Source: Octopus bimaculoides (Eukaryota). From it: 64,000 bases of DNA. The notes beneath the pieces are model-generated. The model worked only from the letters and a program-made list of their open reading frames with translations. It was not told where the DNA came from and did not search any database. The position numbers and the translations under genes were made by a program. Below, one piece after another: positions 39,799-51,400 of the stretch (the stretch's first letter is position 1; each line of letters starts with the position of its first letter). The DNA is taken from positions 48,210,538 through 48,274,537 of the forward strand of contig NC_068982.1 in the NCBI RefSeq assembly GCF_001194135.2, given 5' to 3'.

Positions 39799-39900
39799 AA
39801 TGAAATTTCCTATCATTCAGGTTATGGATAAATGAATCTTTAACAGTGGAATGAAATTTCCTATCATTCAGGTTATGGATAAATGAATCTTTAACAGTGG
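39799..39900. repeat. Perfect 2 x 51-bp tandem duplication
   Basis: aatgaaatttcctatcattcaggttatggataaatgaatctttaacagtgg twice. Confidence 0.95.
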
Positions 39901-40049
39901 ACATTTATGTATAATTTGCACTAAAACAGGAACACTGTTCTTGAAACACTTTCAGTATAAAAAAAAGTGAGGAAGCTGGACAAAAATTCTGTTTGAAAGA
40001 ACAGCTGTATGATAATCATAATAATTACTAGATTAGCTGAAGGTGGCAA

Positions 40050-40260
40050 GTGGCAGGCAGAATCATTAACATGCCAAGCAGAATGCTTTGAGGCATTTCG
40101 TCCATCTTTATATTCGGAGTTCAAATATTACCAAAGTTGGTTTTACCTTTCATTCTTTCGAAGGTCCATAAAATAAGTTCCAATTGAGTACTGGAGTCGA
40201 TGTAATCAAATATCCCCTCCCCTCAAAATTGCTGGCCTTGTGTCAAAATGAGAAACCAAT
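40050..40260 (+). mobile_element. SINE family B
   Basis: Diverged full copy. Confidence 0.7.
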
Positions 40261-40389
40261 AATTTCTAGATTACTCAGTTCCTTGTCACTGAGGAAATGA
40301 CAAAGGACCGGGAGTTGTGATGATTTGCTGTACTTGAGAGGATGTGTCGTGCTTAATAAAACCACTGTTATCCATACATACAGGCTTAT

Positions 40390-40620
40390 ACTTTACATAT
40401 GTTGGTGCCATATAAAATGCACTCGTGCCAGTGGCATGTGAAAAGCACCCAGCACCTTCTGTAAGGTGGCTGGCATTAGGAAGGGCATCCAGTTATAGAA
40501 ACCATGCCACAGCAGACAATTGGAAACTAAACAGTTCCCAGCTTCATGTCAAACTGTCCAACCCATGCCAGCATGGAAAATTGATGTTAAATGATGATCA
40601 TGATGGTAATGATGATGACT
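40390..40620 (+). mobile_element. RTE 3'-UTR-derived repeat just downstream of PTP exon C
   Basis: ggcattaggaagggcatccag..catggaaaattgatgttaaatgatgat. Confidence 0.72.
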
Positions 40621-40681
40621 TACCAAATATCTTAGCAGCAAGATTTTCCAACCTGCGACAGTTAAGCTAAATGTGTCTTAC

Positions 40682-40841
40682 CTTATATATCAATGCATAC
40701 TGTTGTTTGGTTTGCACAGCCCTTGGTCTTTCAAGTCTCATGGAGTAGACAAAATTAAGAACATCCACGGTTTGTGTTTTATCAAACATCTTCATGCCGG
40801 CATCAATAGCTATCAAAGTTCCCGTACGTCCAGTACCTGAA
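40682..40841 (-). CDS. PTP coding exon C (P-loop and Q-loop): (S)SGTGRTGTLIAIDAGMKMFDKTQTVDVLNFVYSMRLERPRAVQTKQQYALIYK
   Basis: 160 nt = 1 + 53 codons. Acceptor tttctgttttccag|TTCAGG, donor AAG|gtaaga. Completes HCSSGTGRTG (CX5R) and carries R..R...VQT..QY..IY. Confidence 0.96.
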
Positions 40842-41325
40842 CTGGAAAACAGAAAGCAAAACTAATATTCTTTTGAGCATTTTTTTTTTTTTTTGTTTTT
40901 CAGATACAAATTTTCATTAATGTTTTCATGCAAATGAGTATGAGATAGAATTGCATTTTTGTTGGAGTCATTATTTAATACTTTACAGGTGAATACCCTT
41001 CCTACTGTTAAGCACTCAAAAATGATGGAGAAGTAGAACTTGTATTCTTTATCAGATAGGAAAACTAGAGCAAGCAGAATTATGTTCTATGTTCACAACA
41101 CAACAGCAAATAAGATTTGAACTCATAACCATGTAGTCCTTAGTGTAGCACGTTAAACTCACAGCTACTATACCTTTTAGACAATATGATATAAGCTTAT
41201 AAAAAGAAGAAAAACTGAGATCATGGATTCCTTAGAAGAATTGAACTGGCATAGTTTGATTCAAATTTTTCCCAAGCCATAAAAATTCTCCACATATTTA
41301 TAACTAATTTTATCTTTTATCTATT

Positions 41326-41708
41326 ACTTATTTCAGTCATTTGACTATGGCCATGCTGGAGTACTGCCTCGAAAGATTTTAGTCAAACTAATCAACCCCG
41401 GGATTTATTTTTTAAAGCCTAGTACTTATTCTGTCGGCCTATTTTGCTGAACCTCTAGGTTATGGGGACATAAACACACCAAAACTAGTTGTCAAGTGGT
41501 GGTGGGAGACAAACACAGACATAAAGACATATATACACACACACACACATATATATATATATGACAAGCTTCTTTTAGTTTCCATCTATGAAATCCACCC
41601 ACAAGGCTTTGGTTGGTCTGCAGCTAGAGTGGAAGACACTTGCTCAAGGTGCCATGCAGTGAAACTGAACCCTGAACTATGTGGTTGGGAAGCAAACTTA
41701 GTACCACA
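41326..41708 (-). mobile_element. SINE family A
   Basis: Full-length reverse copy. Confidence 0.78.
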
Positions 41709-42214
41709 CAGCCAAACCTGTGCCTGTGTACTAATCTGTATTGCTTTTGTTTTTTCAATAGAATATATAAGCATCATTTCTGAGAAGAAAGCCTCCACAT
41801 TTGCTGTTCACTTTGCATCTAACTTTACACATCACACATTATGCAGGTCTCCTCCAAAAGCTATTACACTCCATCAAATTTGCCATCAAATACAAGTCAC
41901 AAATGAAAGAATCACTAATTACTTCAAACTGACCAGACCACAATCCCAAACAAATTTGTTTTATATTAAGTCTCAAACAATGCATGCTAGATCTAACCCC
42001 TTAATGCTTCAATCTCTGTCTTTACAAAGAAATATTCCAATCTTTGCACACATGCTTCAGTGTATTCAATCTTCTGTCTGCACCAAGGACACAGAATTGA
42101 GTTCTCTCTCTCTGCTTCTCTTTGGAGCCTTAGAACTCATAAGGTGGGTTACCTGGTTTCCCTGCAGTATATATAAGTAAACAAGATCATAACACTACCT
42201 CTACTGAACAGGAT

Positions 42215-42410
42215 ACCAGTCTACTGCAGAGTTAACTCCCCAACTATCTATTTTATTAGAACTCATTTAAAGCTGAGAGAACTGAAGCAAAACATGAAAT
42301 GAAGTGTTCTGCTCAAGAACATAATGCAACGCCCAATGCCAGAGTCAAAACCATGATATTATGATCCTCAGTGCAACACTCTAACTACTAGGGCATGCAC
42401 CTTCACACAA
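42215..42410 (-). mobile_element. SINE family E, 5' part
   Basis: gaagtgttctgctcaagaacataatg..gcatgcaccttc. Confidence 0.62.
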
Positions 42411-42489
42411 AATCGAGTTGCCACCAGTTAATTTCCAACATACTCAGCAAAGCTACTTTATAGACAGTTACCAGGATTCTGTGCTCTTT

Positions 42490-42878
42490 AGAGGTAATAT
42501 TTATCTTCCCACTTACAAGTAGATGTTCTGTTAGAACAAACTATACTGCAGTAGATACCATGAGAGAAACTCTCATATTGGCTTTTGGTGCAAAATGCAC
42601 TATTGTTTACATCACTAGCAGGGAGATAAATCCCTGCCACCTCCAACACAGAGACCATCAGGTCTTAGCCATCGTTGAAGATCAAGCACTTAGCATTGAC
42701 AAAGTCAAGGAAGGTCGAAATCACATGAGGTGGCAAGGATTTATCTCCCTACTGGTAATATATACAAGCATGTAATATGCACCAAAAACCTATTTGAGAG
42801 TTTTTCTTATGGTATCTACTGCAGTATAGTTTGTTCTAATGGAACATCTACATTTAAGTGAGGATAAATATTACCTCT
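42490..42878. mobile_element. MITE-like fold-back, about 150-bp arms and 84-bp spacer
   Basis: agaggtaatatttatc..tccctgccacctc versus gaggtggcaagga..gataaatattacctct. Confidence 0.75.
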
Positions 42879-44532
42879 TGGTGTTAATAGTGCTAATTGC
42901 TAATATACATTTCTGTTACTATCATTATGATTTTGCATTATAGTTATTGCAGTTCCAGATATCAACACTTTAATGTTGTCTGTCACCAGATTCTGGGATG
43001 AACACTAAGCTGGTGTTGAAGCCTAATCAAACAGATCTGTGATAAAATGCTTTTAAGCTATGATGATCTAGTGCTATAGGAATAGAACTACTTTATCTAA
43101 TAGGTGCTTATTTATTAACCTTTCAACTTTAAAATTAAATATCATGGTTATTCCAATAATAATATTAAATATCTACCAAAAATTAGAAATGATATGTTCT
43201 GCAAAGTCATATTGCCTCAATAAACTTGTCATGTCTCACAAAAGAAGAAAAAGGAACAAAACATGACATCCTTCAACAAAAGATAGATTGGTATATAAAA
43301 CTGTATTCTGCAGTTAAGGGCAATCAAATTTTGATTGGATATATTTGATTTCAATAGTAAGCAGGTTAAAATAGTAGGGTATGACTTGAGAGAGATGTTC
43401 CTGATATTTCTAGCAAGCCATGTAATTAAACAGAAACTCTCTTGTTGCATGGAACAGGTTACTCAATGACAAATTTCTCTGAATTGCTCTTGTGAGCTAT
43501 CTGTCAACTCTCAACTTTCTGACTATCTATGGTTGTAGAATCTTTGTTTAGTCAAGATATGCAAAGTAAATTTTATTTGTCCTTGACAATGAACCTTTCT
43601 CAATCAGTGAACAAGAGAGTCTTTACTTTGTTGCTCTTCCTGCTAGAAGTGGAAACCAGATATCCCTTAACTTGTATCCTGTTGTTTTAAAAAGGGAAGA
43701 TACATTGGATAATGTCCCAAATATACATGAACCAGGTCTGTTGGATCAGGGCTAAGCGAGGGTTAAACACTAACAAGTCAAACTACATTTCATTAATCCT
43801 AAACTTGTTTTGTACTGGACTTTGCTATGACATTCTCTACCATGTTCATGACGCCTCATTCTCTAGTGCATATCCATTACAGACATAACAATTAAGATAA
43901 CACTTTCCTGTAAGAAAATTACTTTCTTATATGTATTGTAATTTGTCACCACAGTGTTTTTATTGAAACTGTCAGTTCATCCTTCCATTTCCTTTCTCTA
44001 TGACTGACATTCTTACTTATGATAGTAGTGGCACAACTATCTCTCTCTCTCTCTTTTGCTCTCCTTAATAGTTTAGTCTCTTTCTTTTTTTCTTTTATAC
44101 ATGTATTCATACCTAAGGAGTCATGACTTCTAGTTTGTCTAATGCATTATCCTAAGTGGAAACTCTTCATTATCAGGACATGTTTGATCAACTGAATTCA
44201 ATTTTATTACACAATACAAAGTACTTATCGCTTCCATTATTTATTTGAATCTTGGTTTCCAAGATAATTTCTATGTAAGCAACACCAAGAAAATTCTCTT
44301 CACATCTTCATCATATTTACCATTTATATTTAAGCAATAAGTTAACAGAATCCTTTCCTATTAAACCTGTGATTCAATTCTTTTGTGTGAGGATGAATCT
44401 AACTTTAAACCAAACCTGGCAGAATACCAAACTACTTGAGAATTTCCAAGCATTATGAAAAAGCAAAATAATGATAGATTATAAGTGTTGCTCTTGCCCC
44501 CACCCCATGCTTGTTGAATCTATATTTCTGTG

Positions 44533-44960
44533 TTAACCCTTCAGTACTTAAACTGGCCATATCCAGCCCAAATATTCTACCTGTTTTACATTCAAACTAG
44601 CCTCTCACACCTAACCTGTACTAACATTCTAAAAACAAACAATCACATCAGCAAAACCTCCAAGCTACAAGAAAAAACCATGATTAATTCAAAGCAATTT
44701 GAATAAAAAAAAAAGCATTATATTTAACAAATTAATGTGAGTACTAAAGGGTTAAACTAGCCATATCTGGCTCAAATATTCTGTTTTATGTTCAAACTGG
44801 CTAGATTTGGCCTCTCACACCTATCCTACAATGTCATTCTAAAAATAGACAATCACATCGTTGAAATCTCAAAGCTACAAGATAATGCATGATTAATTCA
44901 ACACAATGTGAATAAATAAATGTTAGTGTCGACAATGTAATCTGAATGCTGAAGGGTTAA
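44533..44960. mobile_element. TTAA-flanked MITE tandem dimer
   Basis: One left end, two bodies, two right ends (gggttaa ending at 44755 and 44960). Confidence 0.78.
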
Positions 44961-45295
44961 ATGCATGATTTTAGACCAGTCTATTCTATGAATAATAAAA
45001 CAACTCAAAACAACTTTCAACAACTTCTGTGTTAGTTTCGAAAGTGATCTGGGAATCATTAATTTTCTCTAATTGATGAAATTTTCACCTTTCTTTTCTT
45101 TTATGATTATACATTTATCATTGTGGAAAATACAGGAACTGGCTAGAATTTGAGCTGTTTATTGAAAACCAACATCTCTTTTGAAATCATTCGATTTCTA
45201 CAGAAAACGATTTTTATTTATTTATTTATTTTTATTCATTTTTGTTTTTTTGTTTCTGATTCTGTTATTGAATACGACAACAAGTTGATGCTCAC

Positions 45296-45441
45296 CTGCA
45301 GTGTACAACTAGAGGGGCTAATTTGTTCTCGTTGTTAAGTCTGACATCAAGGATAAATTTTAAAAATGAAATAGGCTCTGGAAACCCTTGTGCTGGCCAT
45401 GAGGTATACCAATAGTGTTTCAATTTACGGACTAGATTGTT
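45296..45441 (-). CDS. PTP coding exon B (WPD-loop exon, reading WPA): NNLVRKLKHYWYTSWPAQGFPEPISFLKFILDVRLNNENKLAPLVVHC(S)
   Basis: 146 nt = 48 codons + AG. Acceptor ttttttattttacag|AAC, donor TGCAG|gtgagc. Ends in PLVVHC with the phase-2 split inside the HCS serine typical of PTP genes. KHYWYTSWP matches, from memory, the KIM-family PTPs PTPRR/PTPN5/PTPN7. Confidence 0.96.
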
Positions 45442-45767
45442 CTGTAAAATAAAAAAGAAAAAAACAGAAAATATTTACAATGATGCTCCTTTTATGGTTT
45501 TACAAAGATATTTCTTGAACGTTAGCAGAAATAGAGAGGTTTAATACAAACTTGTACATTTGACAATGTCATTGGATATCCCATAATCTCTTACCTCGTA
45601 AATTCTATTCAAAATATTTACATAACAATTGTTGTTATTGGTATATTTGAACTAGTGTCCTCATTTAGGTTGTTATAGCTACAATGTTTCAAAACTGAAC
45701 TCTGTACTAAATCCACAGCAGTTAGATTATTCTTATTTCATTGATCATACCAGGGATTTGTAATACT

Positions 45768-45962
45768 GATTTCAAATTTTGGCACAAGGCCAGTAGTTTC
45801 AAGGATGGTGGTAAGTCAATTACATTGACCCTAGTGCATAGCTGGTACTTATTTTATTGACACTGAAAGGATGAAAGGCAAAGTCAACTTTGGCAGAATT
45901 TGAACTCAGAATGTGGAGATGGATGAAATGTTGCTCGCTGCATTTTGCCAGCTTGCTGCATT
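45768..45962 (-). mobile_element. SINE family B with a 16-bp target-site duplication
   Basis: agggatttgtaatact (45752-45767) and aggaatttgtaacact (45963-45978), 14/16 identical. Confidence 0.8.
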
Positions 45963-46067
45963 AGGAATTTGTAACACTACTTATTCTCCTATTTGTGGTG
46001 CCATCTTCTTGAACCAGTGAATATATGACTATCATGTAATGTCAAGACAAAAACAAAAACACAAAAT

Positions 46068-46112
<45 letters not shown>

Positions 46113-46174
46113 CACACACGTATTTGATTTAATGAATAGGAATGGCTCTTAACATTTTTTTTTCCACTTCAATA

Positions 46175-46810
46175 ATTGAATGTATATAAATCTTTAAGTG
46201 TTTACTAAGGGCTTCTTTTAGTTTCCATTTACTCACAAGCCTTTGGCTAGTCTGGGGCAATTGAAAAAGACACTTACTTAAGGTGCCACACAATGGATCT
46301 GAACCCACAACCATGTGGTTGGGAAGCAAGCTTCTTAATGCACATAGCTGCATCCAAACCTCAAAGTCATAGTGTTGTTTTCTTTTCTTTTACTTGTTTT
46401 TGTCATTAGACTGTGGCCATACTGGGGCACTGCCTTGGAGAATTTTTAGTTGAATGAATTAACACCCTAATGCTTATATTTTTTTAAAGCCTGATATTAT
46501 ACTCTATCGGTGTCTTTTGCTGAACTGCTAAGTTAAAGGGACATAACCATATCAACACCAGCTGCCAAGTGGTGGTGGGCAAGCACAAACAGAAATACAC
46601 ACAGGCATATATCTATCTACACTCACACACACACACACACATTACGATGAGCTTCTTTCAGTTTCTGTCTACCAATCCACTTACGAGGCTTTGGTCAACC
46701 TGTGGTGTAGTAGAAGACACCACTTGCTCATGGTGCCATGCAGTGGGACTGAACCCAGATCCATGTGGATGGAAAGCAAACTTTTTACCACACAGTCATG
46801 CCCGCACCTG
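46175..46810 (-). mobile_element. Two adjacent SINE family A copies (5' half plus full length)
   Basis: About 46175-46350 and 46380-46810. Confidence 0.75.
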
Positions 46811-47339
46811 TTAAAAGAAATTTAGAAGGAACCAGAAATCTATTTTGCTTTGCTTAGAATTTAATTGAATGTATTCTGATTGTAGCAGGTGAAAACGTTT
46901 CCATTGGTTCAAAAAGATAATTTTGAACATAGTTTCATTTAAACTAATGGAGACTTTTGTTACAGAGGTTTATTGCGCACATTCCATTTTGTACTCATTG
47001 TTTCAATACATGTTCTTTATACTAACAATGTAATTCAAAGATACCTCAAAGTCACTCGATTCAAACAGACATGCCTCATTGCAACTAGAATTGGAATGAT
47101 GGCCCTTTTGAACATGTTTAAAGCTTAATTAAACTGAAGTTTTGCTGTCTTACCAAACAGCAAGTAATTTATGTTGAGTTTGTATTGAATGACAATGCAG
47201 TGAATGCACTTTGCTTCAAGTTGACTGATTACACATTTGTTAGCTAACAGTCGTTAGCTTATCTTAATGTATTGCAAAGGTAGCAAAGAATGCATAGTGA
47301 GAATATTAGCTGATGATATTCTTCATTTACTTCTTTTAC

Positions 47340-47530
47340 TTTTCCTTTTTATTTGTTAGTCATTGGATTGTGGCCATGCTGGGGCACTACCTTGATGGGT
47401 TTCAGCCAAACAAATCAATCCCAGTACTTAAGTCTGGTACTTATTCTATCGATCTCTTTTACCGAACCAATAATTTACAGGGATGTAAATAAACCAACAC
47501 TGATTGTCAAGCAGTGATGAGGGACAAACA
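47340..47530 (-). mobile_element. SINE family A, 3' half
   Basis: gtcattggattgtggccatgctggggcac..acactgattgtcaagcag. Confidence 0.7.
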
Positions 47531-47714
47531 GAAATATCACACACACTAGCTCAACGAGCTAGGTTTCTGTGACAAATCTGTGAAACTTTAAGCTACATGG
47601 AAGCAAATCAAACTGTTTTAAATAATATATGTAATTCATACTACGAGTGTTGAGTACCCTTCATTTGTCCACTCACTCATATATATATATATATATATAT
47701 GTATATACTGCCAC

Positions 47715-47964
47715 GCCAGTGATATGCTGTACTTGAGAAGACCTGTCAAGCCAAATAAAATTGTAGTTGTGGCTGATACCTGTATCATCTGACTAGCATG
47801 TAAAAAGCACCCGCTACACTCTTGGAGTGTTTGGCATTAGGAAGGGCAACTAGCTGTAGAAACCATGCCAAATCAAACTGGAACCTTGTGCAGCTCCCAA
47901 GCTTACCAGTTTTCAGTCAAACCGTCCATCCAATGCCAGCATGGAAAACGGGCGTATAATGATG

Positions 47965-48010
<46 letters not shown>

Positions 48011-48370
48011 CTGTGAAGAGAACCTGTGGGAGAGGCAAACTCAGAAAAACGTAGGATGAGGTGGTGAAATATGATCTTTAGATGTTGAGCTGCATGGAGG
48101 TGATGACAAGTGACCGGCAGTTTGCTGTGCTTGAGAAGGCACATCAAGCCAAGTGAAATCATTGTTGTAACCAGTGCCAGTGACATGTAAAAAGCACTCA
48201 TGCTGGTGATATGTAAAAGACACCCAATACACTCAGTGGAGCAATTAGCATCAGGAAGGGCATCCAGCCATAGAAATCAAGCCAAAACAGACTGGACCCT
48301 GGTGCAACTATCCGGCTTACCAGCTCTGTCAGCATGGAAGACACACTAACTGATGATGATGATGATGATA
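47715..48370 (+). mobile_element. Two successive RTE 3'-end fragments (about 47715-47965 and 48075-48370) separated by (TG)n
   Basis: Both carry gctgt.cttgagaag, ggaagggca and a (GAT)n tail. Confidence 0.7.
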
Positions 48371-48387
48371 TATATACATATATATAT

Positions 48388-48600
48388 GAGGGTGCATGGC
48401 TTAGTGGTTAGGGTGTTGCACTCACAGTCTGGTGATCATCATTTCAATTCTAAGAGCTGCATTGTGTTCTTGAGCAAAACTCTTCATCCCATGTTGCTCT
48501 GTAATCACTTCGACACCTGATGCATGGTATACTGTCCCCCTGTTTGGGCAGCATCAATTTGATGGAGGGAGTGAGATAATGGTACAGTATAAACATTTGA
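48388..48600 (+). mobile_element. SINE family E head with a different 3' part
   Basis: gagggtgcatggcttagtggttagggtg..tgtgttcttgagcaaaac. Confidence 0.65.
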
Positions 48601-48676
48601 TCACTATAAAGAAATTATTTGTGCAGGTCAATTGGCAAAAGCTGAACACTCACTCACCGTCTTCAACAGGGAGAGT

Positions 48677-48741
<65 letters not shown>

Positions 48742-48894
48742 CAGGCTTCTACACAATTTCCATCTGCCAAATTTACTCGTATGGCATTGGTTGACCTGGG
48801 GCTTTAGCAGAAGACACTTGGTCAAATGGTTGGGAAGTAAATTTCTTAACCCCACACCAATACATGTGACCAATGTGGATATAGAGACTGGTTT

Positions 48895-49095
48895 CAAATT
48901 CTGGCACAAGGCCAGCTATTCCAGGGAATGGAATAAGTGAATTACATCGACCTCAGGTGCTCAACTGGTACTTATTTTATCAACTCGTAAAGATGAAAAG
49001 CAAAGTTAACTTCAAATGAATTTGAACTCAGACAGTAAAGACAGACGAATTACCTGTAAGCATTTTGCCCAGCATGCTAACAATTCTACCAGCTG
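48895..49095 (-). mobile_element. SINE family B
   Basis: Reverse copy. Confidence 0.72.
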
Positions 49096-49097
49096 TT

Positions 49098-49455
49098 TTG
49101 ACAACTGGTGTTAATATGTTTATGTCCCTTTAACTTAGCAGTTCAGCAAAAGACACCGATAGAGTAAATATCAGGCTTAAAAAAATATAAGCATTGGGGT
49201 GTTAATTCATTCAACTAAAAATTCTCCAAGGCAGTGCCCCAGTATGGCCACAGTCTAATGATAGAAACAAGTAAAAGAAAAGAAAACAACACTATGGCTT
49301 TGAGATGTGGATGCAGCTATGTGCATTAAGAAGCTTGCTTCCCAACCACATGGTTGTGGGTTCAGACCCACTGTGTGGCACCTTAAGCAAGTATCTTTTT
49401 CAATTGCCCCAGACTAACCAAAGGCTTGTGAGCAAATGGAAACTAAAAGAAGCCC
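49098..49455 (+). mobile_element. SINE family A 3' half plus 5' half (inverted duplicate of the 46139-46568 region)
   Basis: See the inverted duplication finding. Confidence 0.75.
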
Positions 49456-49909
49456 ATAGTAAACACTTAAAGATTTATATACATTCAATTATTGAAGTAG
49501 AAAAAATGTTAAGAAAAGCCATTCCATAGTGTAGATATAGATATTAAAAATATTTTATCTCAGTTAATAGTCAAAATTATAATCTTATTTTCTACCATAC
49601 TTTTACAAATCTGAGAGCATGAGATTGTTTTTGACTCAATCATGCTCAGAAACATATATTCCTGTAACATAAAACTGCTCCAGATGGCATGTGGCTAATG
49701 CTTATCTATAATAACATTATTTGAAATTGGTGGAGTTAGAGAAGCTCTGCCTTAATTGAAGATTATTGATTTAAAAATCTGAAAAAAATAGTACATATTT
49801 CCAACAACAAGTGTTTGAAATATTAGTTACAGCTGAGGAGTACAAGAACATCTGTTTCTGTCACAGTTTACATTACACAAATGGTAAATCCATCAGATCT
49901 CATACATCC

Positions 49910-49925
49910 ATTATATATATATGTA

Positions 49926-49973
<48 letters not shown>

Positions 49974-49989
49974 NNNNNNNNNNTACATA

Positions 49990-50023
<34 letters not shown>

Positions 50024-50805
50024 CACACACACATACATACATATGTATACATACACATATATATATGTATACATACATATATATGTACATATATACATAT
50101 ATATATATGTATATGTATGTACACATATATATATGTATATGTATGTACATATATATATATGTATATGTATGTACATATATATATANNNNNNNNNNNNNNN
50201 NNNNNNNNNNNNNNNNNNNNNNNNNNNNNNNNNNNNNNNNNNNNNNNNNNNNNNNNNNNNNNNNNNNNNNNNNNNNNNNNNNNNNNNNNNNNNNNNNNNN
50301 NNNNNNNNNNNNNNNNNNNNNNNNNNNNNNNNNNNNNNNNNNNNNNNNNNNNNNNNNNNNNNNNNNNNNNNNNNNNNNNNNNNNNNNNNNNNNNNNNNNN
50401 NNNNNNNNNNNNNNNNNNNNNNNNNNNNNNNNNNNNNNNNNNNNNNNNNNNNNNNNNNNNNNNNNNNNNNNNNNNNNNNNNNNNNNNNNNNNNNNNNNNN
50501 NNNNNNNNNNNNNNNNNNNNNNNNNNNNNNNNNNNNNNNNNNNNNNNNNNNNNNNNNNNNNNNNNNNNNNNNNNNNNNNNNNNNNNNNNNNNNNNNNNNN
50601 NNNNNNNNNNNNNNNNNNNNNNNNNNNNNNNNNNNNNNNNNNNNNNNNNNNNNNNNNNNNNNNNNNNNNNNNNNNNNNNNNNNNNNNNNNNNNNNNNNNN
50701 NNNNNNNNNNNNNNNNNNNNNNNNNNNNNNNNNNNNNNNNNNNNNNNNNNNNNNNNNNNNNNNNNNNNNNNNNNNNNNNNNNNNNNNNNNNNNNNNNNNN
50801 NNNNN
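49910..50805. repeat. (TG)n plus compound (TA/CA/TATG)n microsatellite running into the largest N gap (50186-50805)
   Basis: Seen directly. Other gaps at about 2981, 4336, 9590, 19806, 23981, 28915, 32959, 35730 and 54411. Confidence 0.9.
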
Positions 50806-51368
50806 CACACATACAATTTCACTAAAATTTTTCTCCTATCATGCCTACATTAATCTTGTGATTTTTCTGTGGTTTAGAAGTATTTTGACTTTTATTTTTA
50901 GTGAAGCAGGTGCTTATGTAGTACCCTAGTATATTTAAATATATTTATTTATATATTTTATATATAAATTATTAATTTGTCAATACGGTTGTGTGCTTTA
51001 GACCACCAACAACATTATTTTTAGAAATAATATTGTTCTTATATTTATTTACAAATAATTTTACGCAATTCATTTGTTTCAATGGTGGTTGACCACTCAA
51101 ATGAATTTACAGGCATGGTAGTGGTGAATCTTAGTAGCCATCCCAGCAGATTTGACTGGGGAGATTCAGGCGCTTTTGATGCTAGATTCAAAATCATGAT
51201 ATCAAATTAGCCAGCATTACTTTTGCATCCTTGGCGGAGGTAGAACACTATTCTTGTTCACCAAACATTTTTTCCTATCATGCCTGCATTAATTTTGTGG
51301 TCTTCTGTGGTTTAGAAGTATATATTCTGTGGTTTAGAAGTCTGGATGTCTATTTATTTATAGGTCAT

Positions 51369-51400
<32 letters not shown>

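Noticed and set aside
49811-50929. Longest ORFs in the track (300-370 aa) and the many YIYI/HTHT/CVCV ORFs
   Set aside because: Translations of dinucleotide microsatellites and N gaps; no coding signal.
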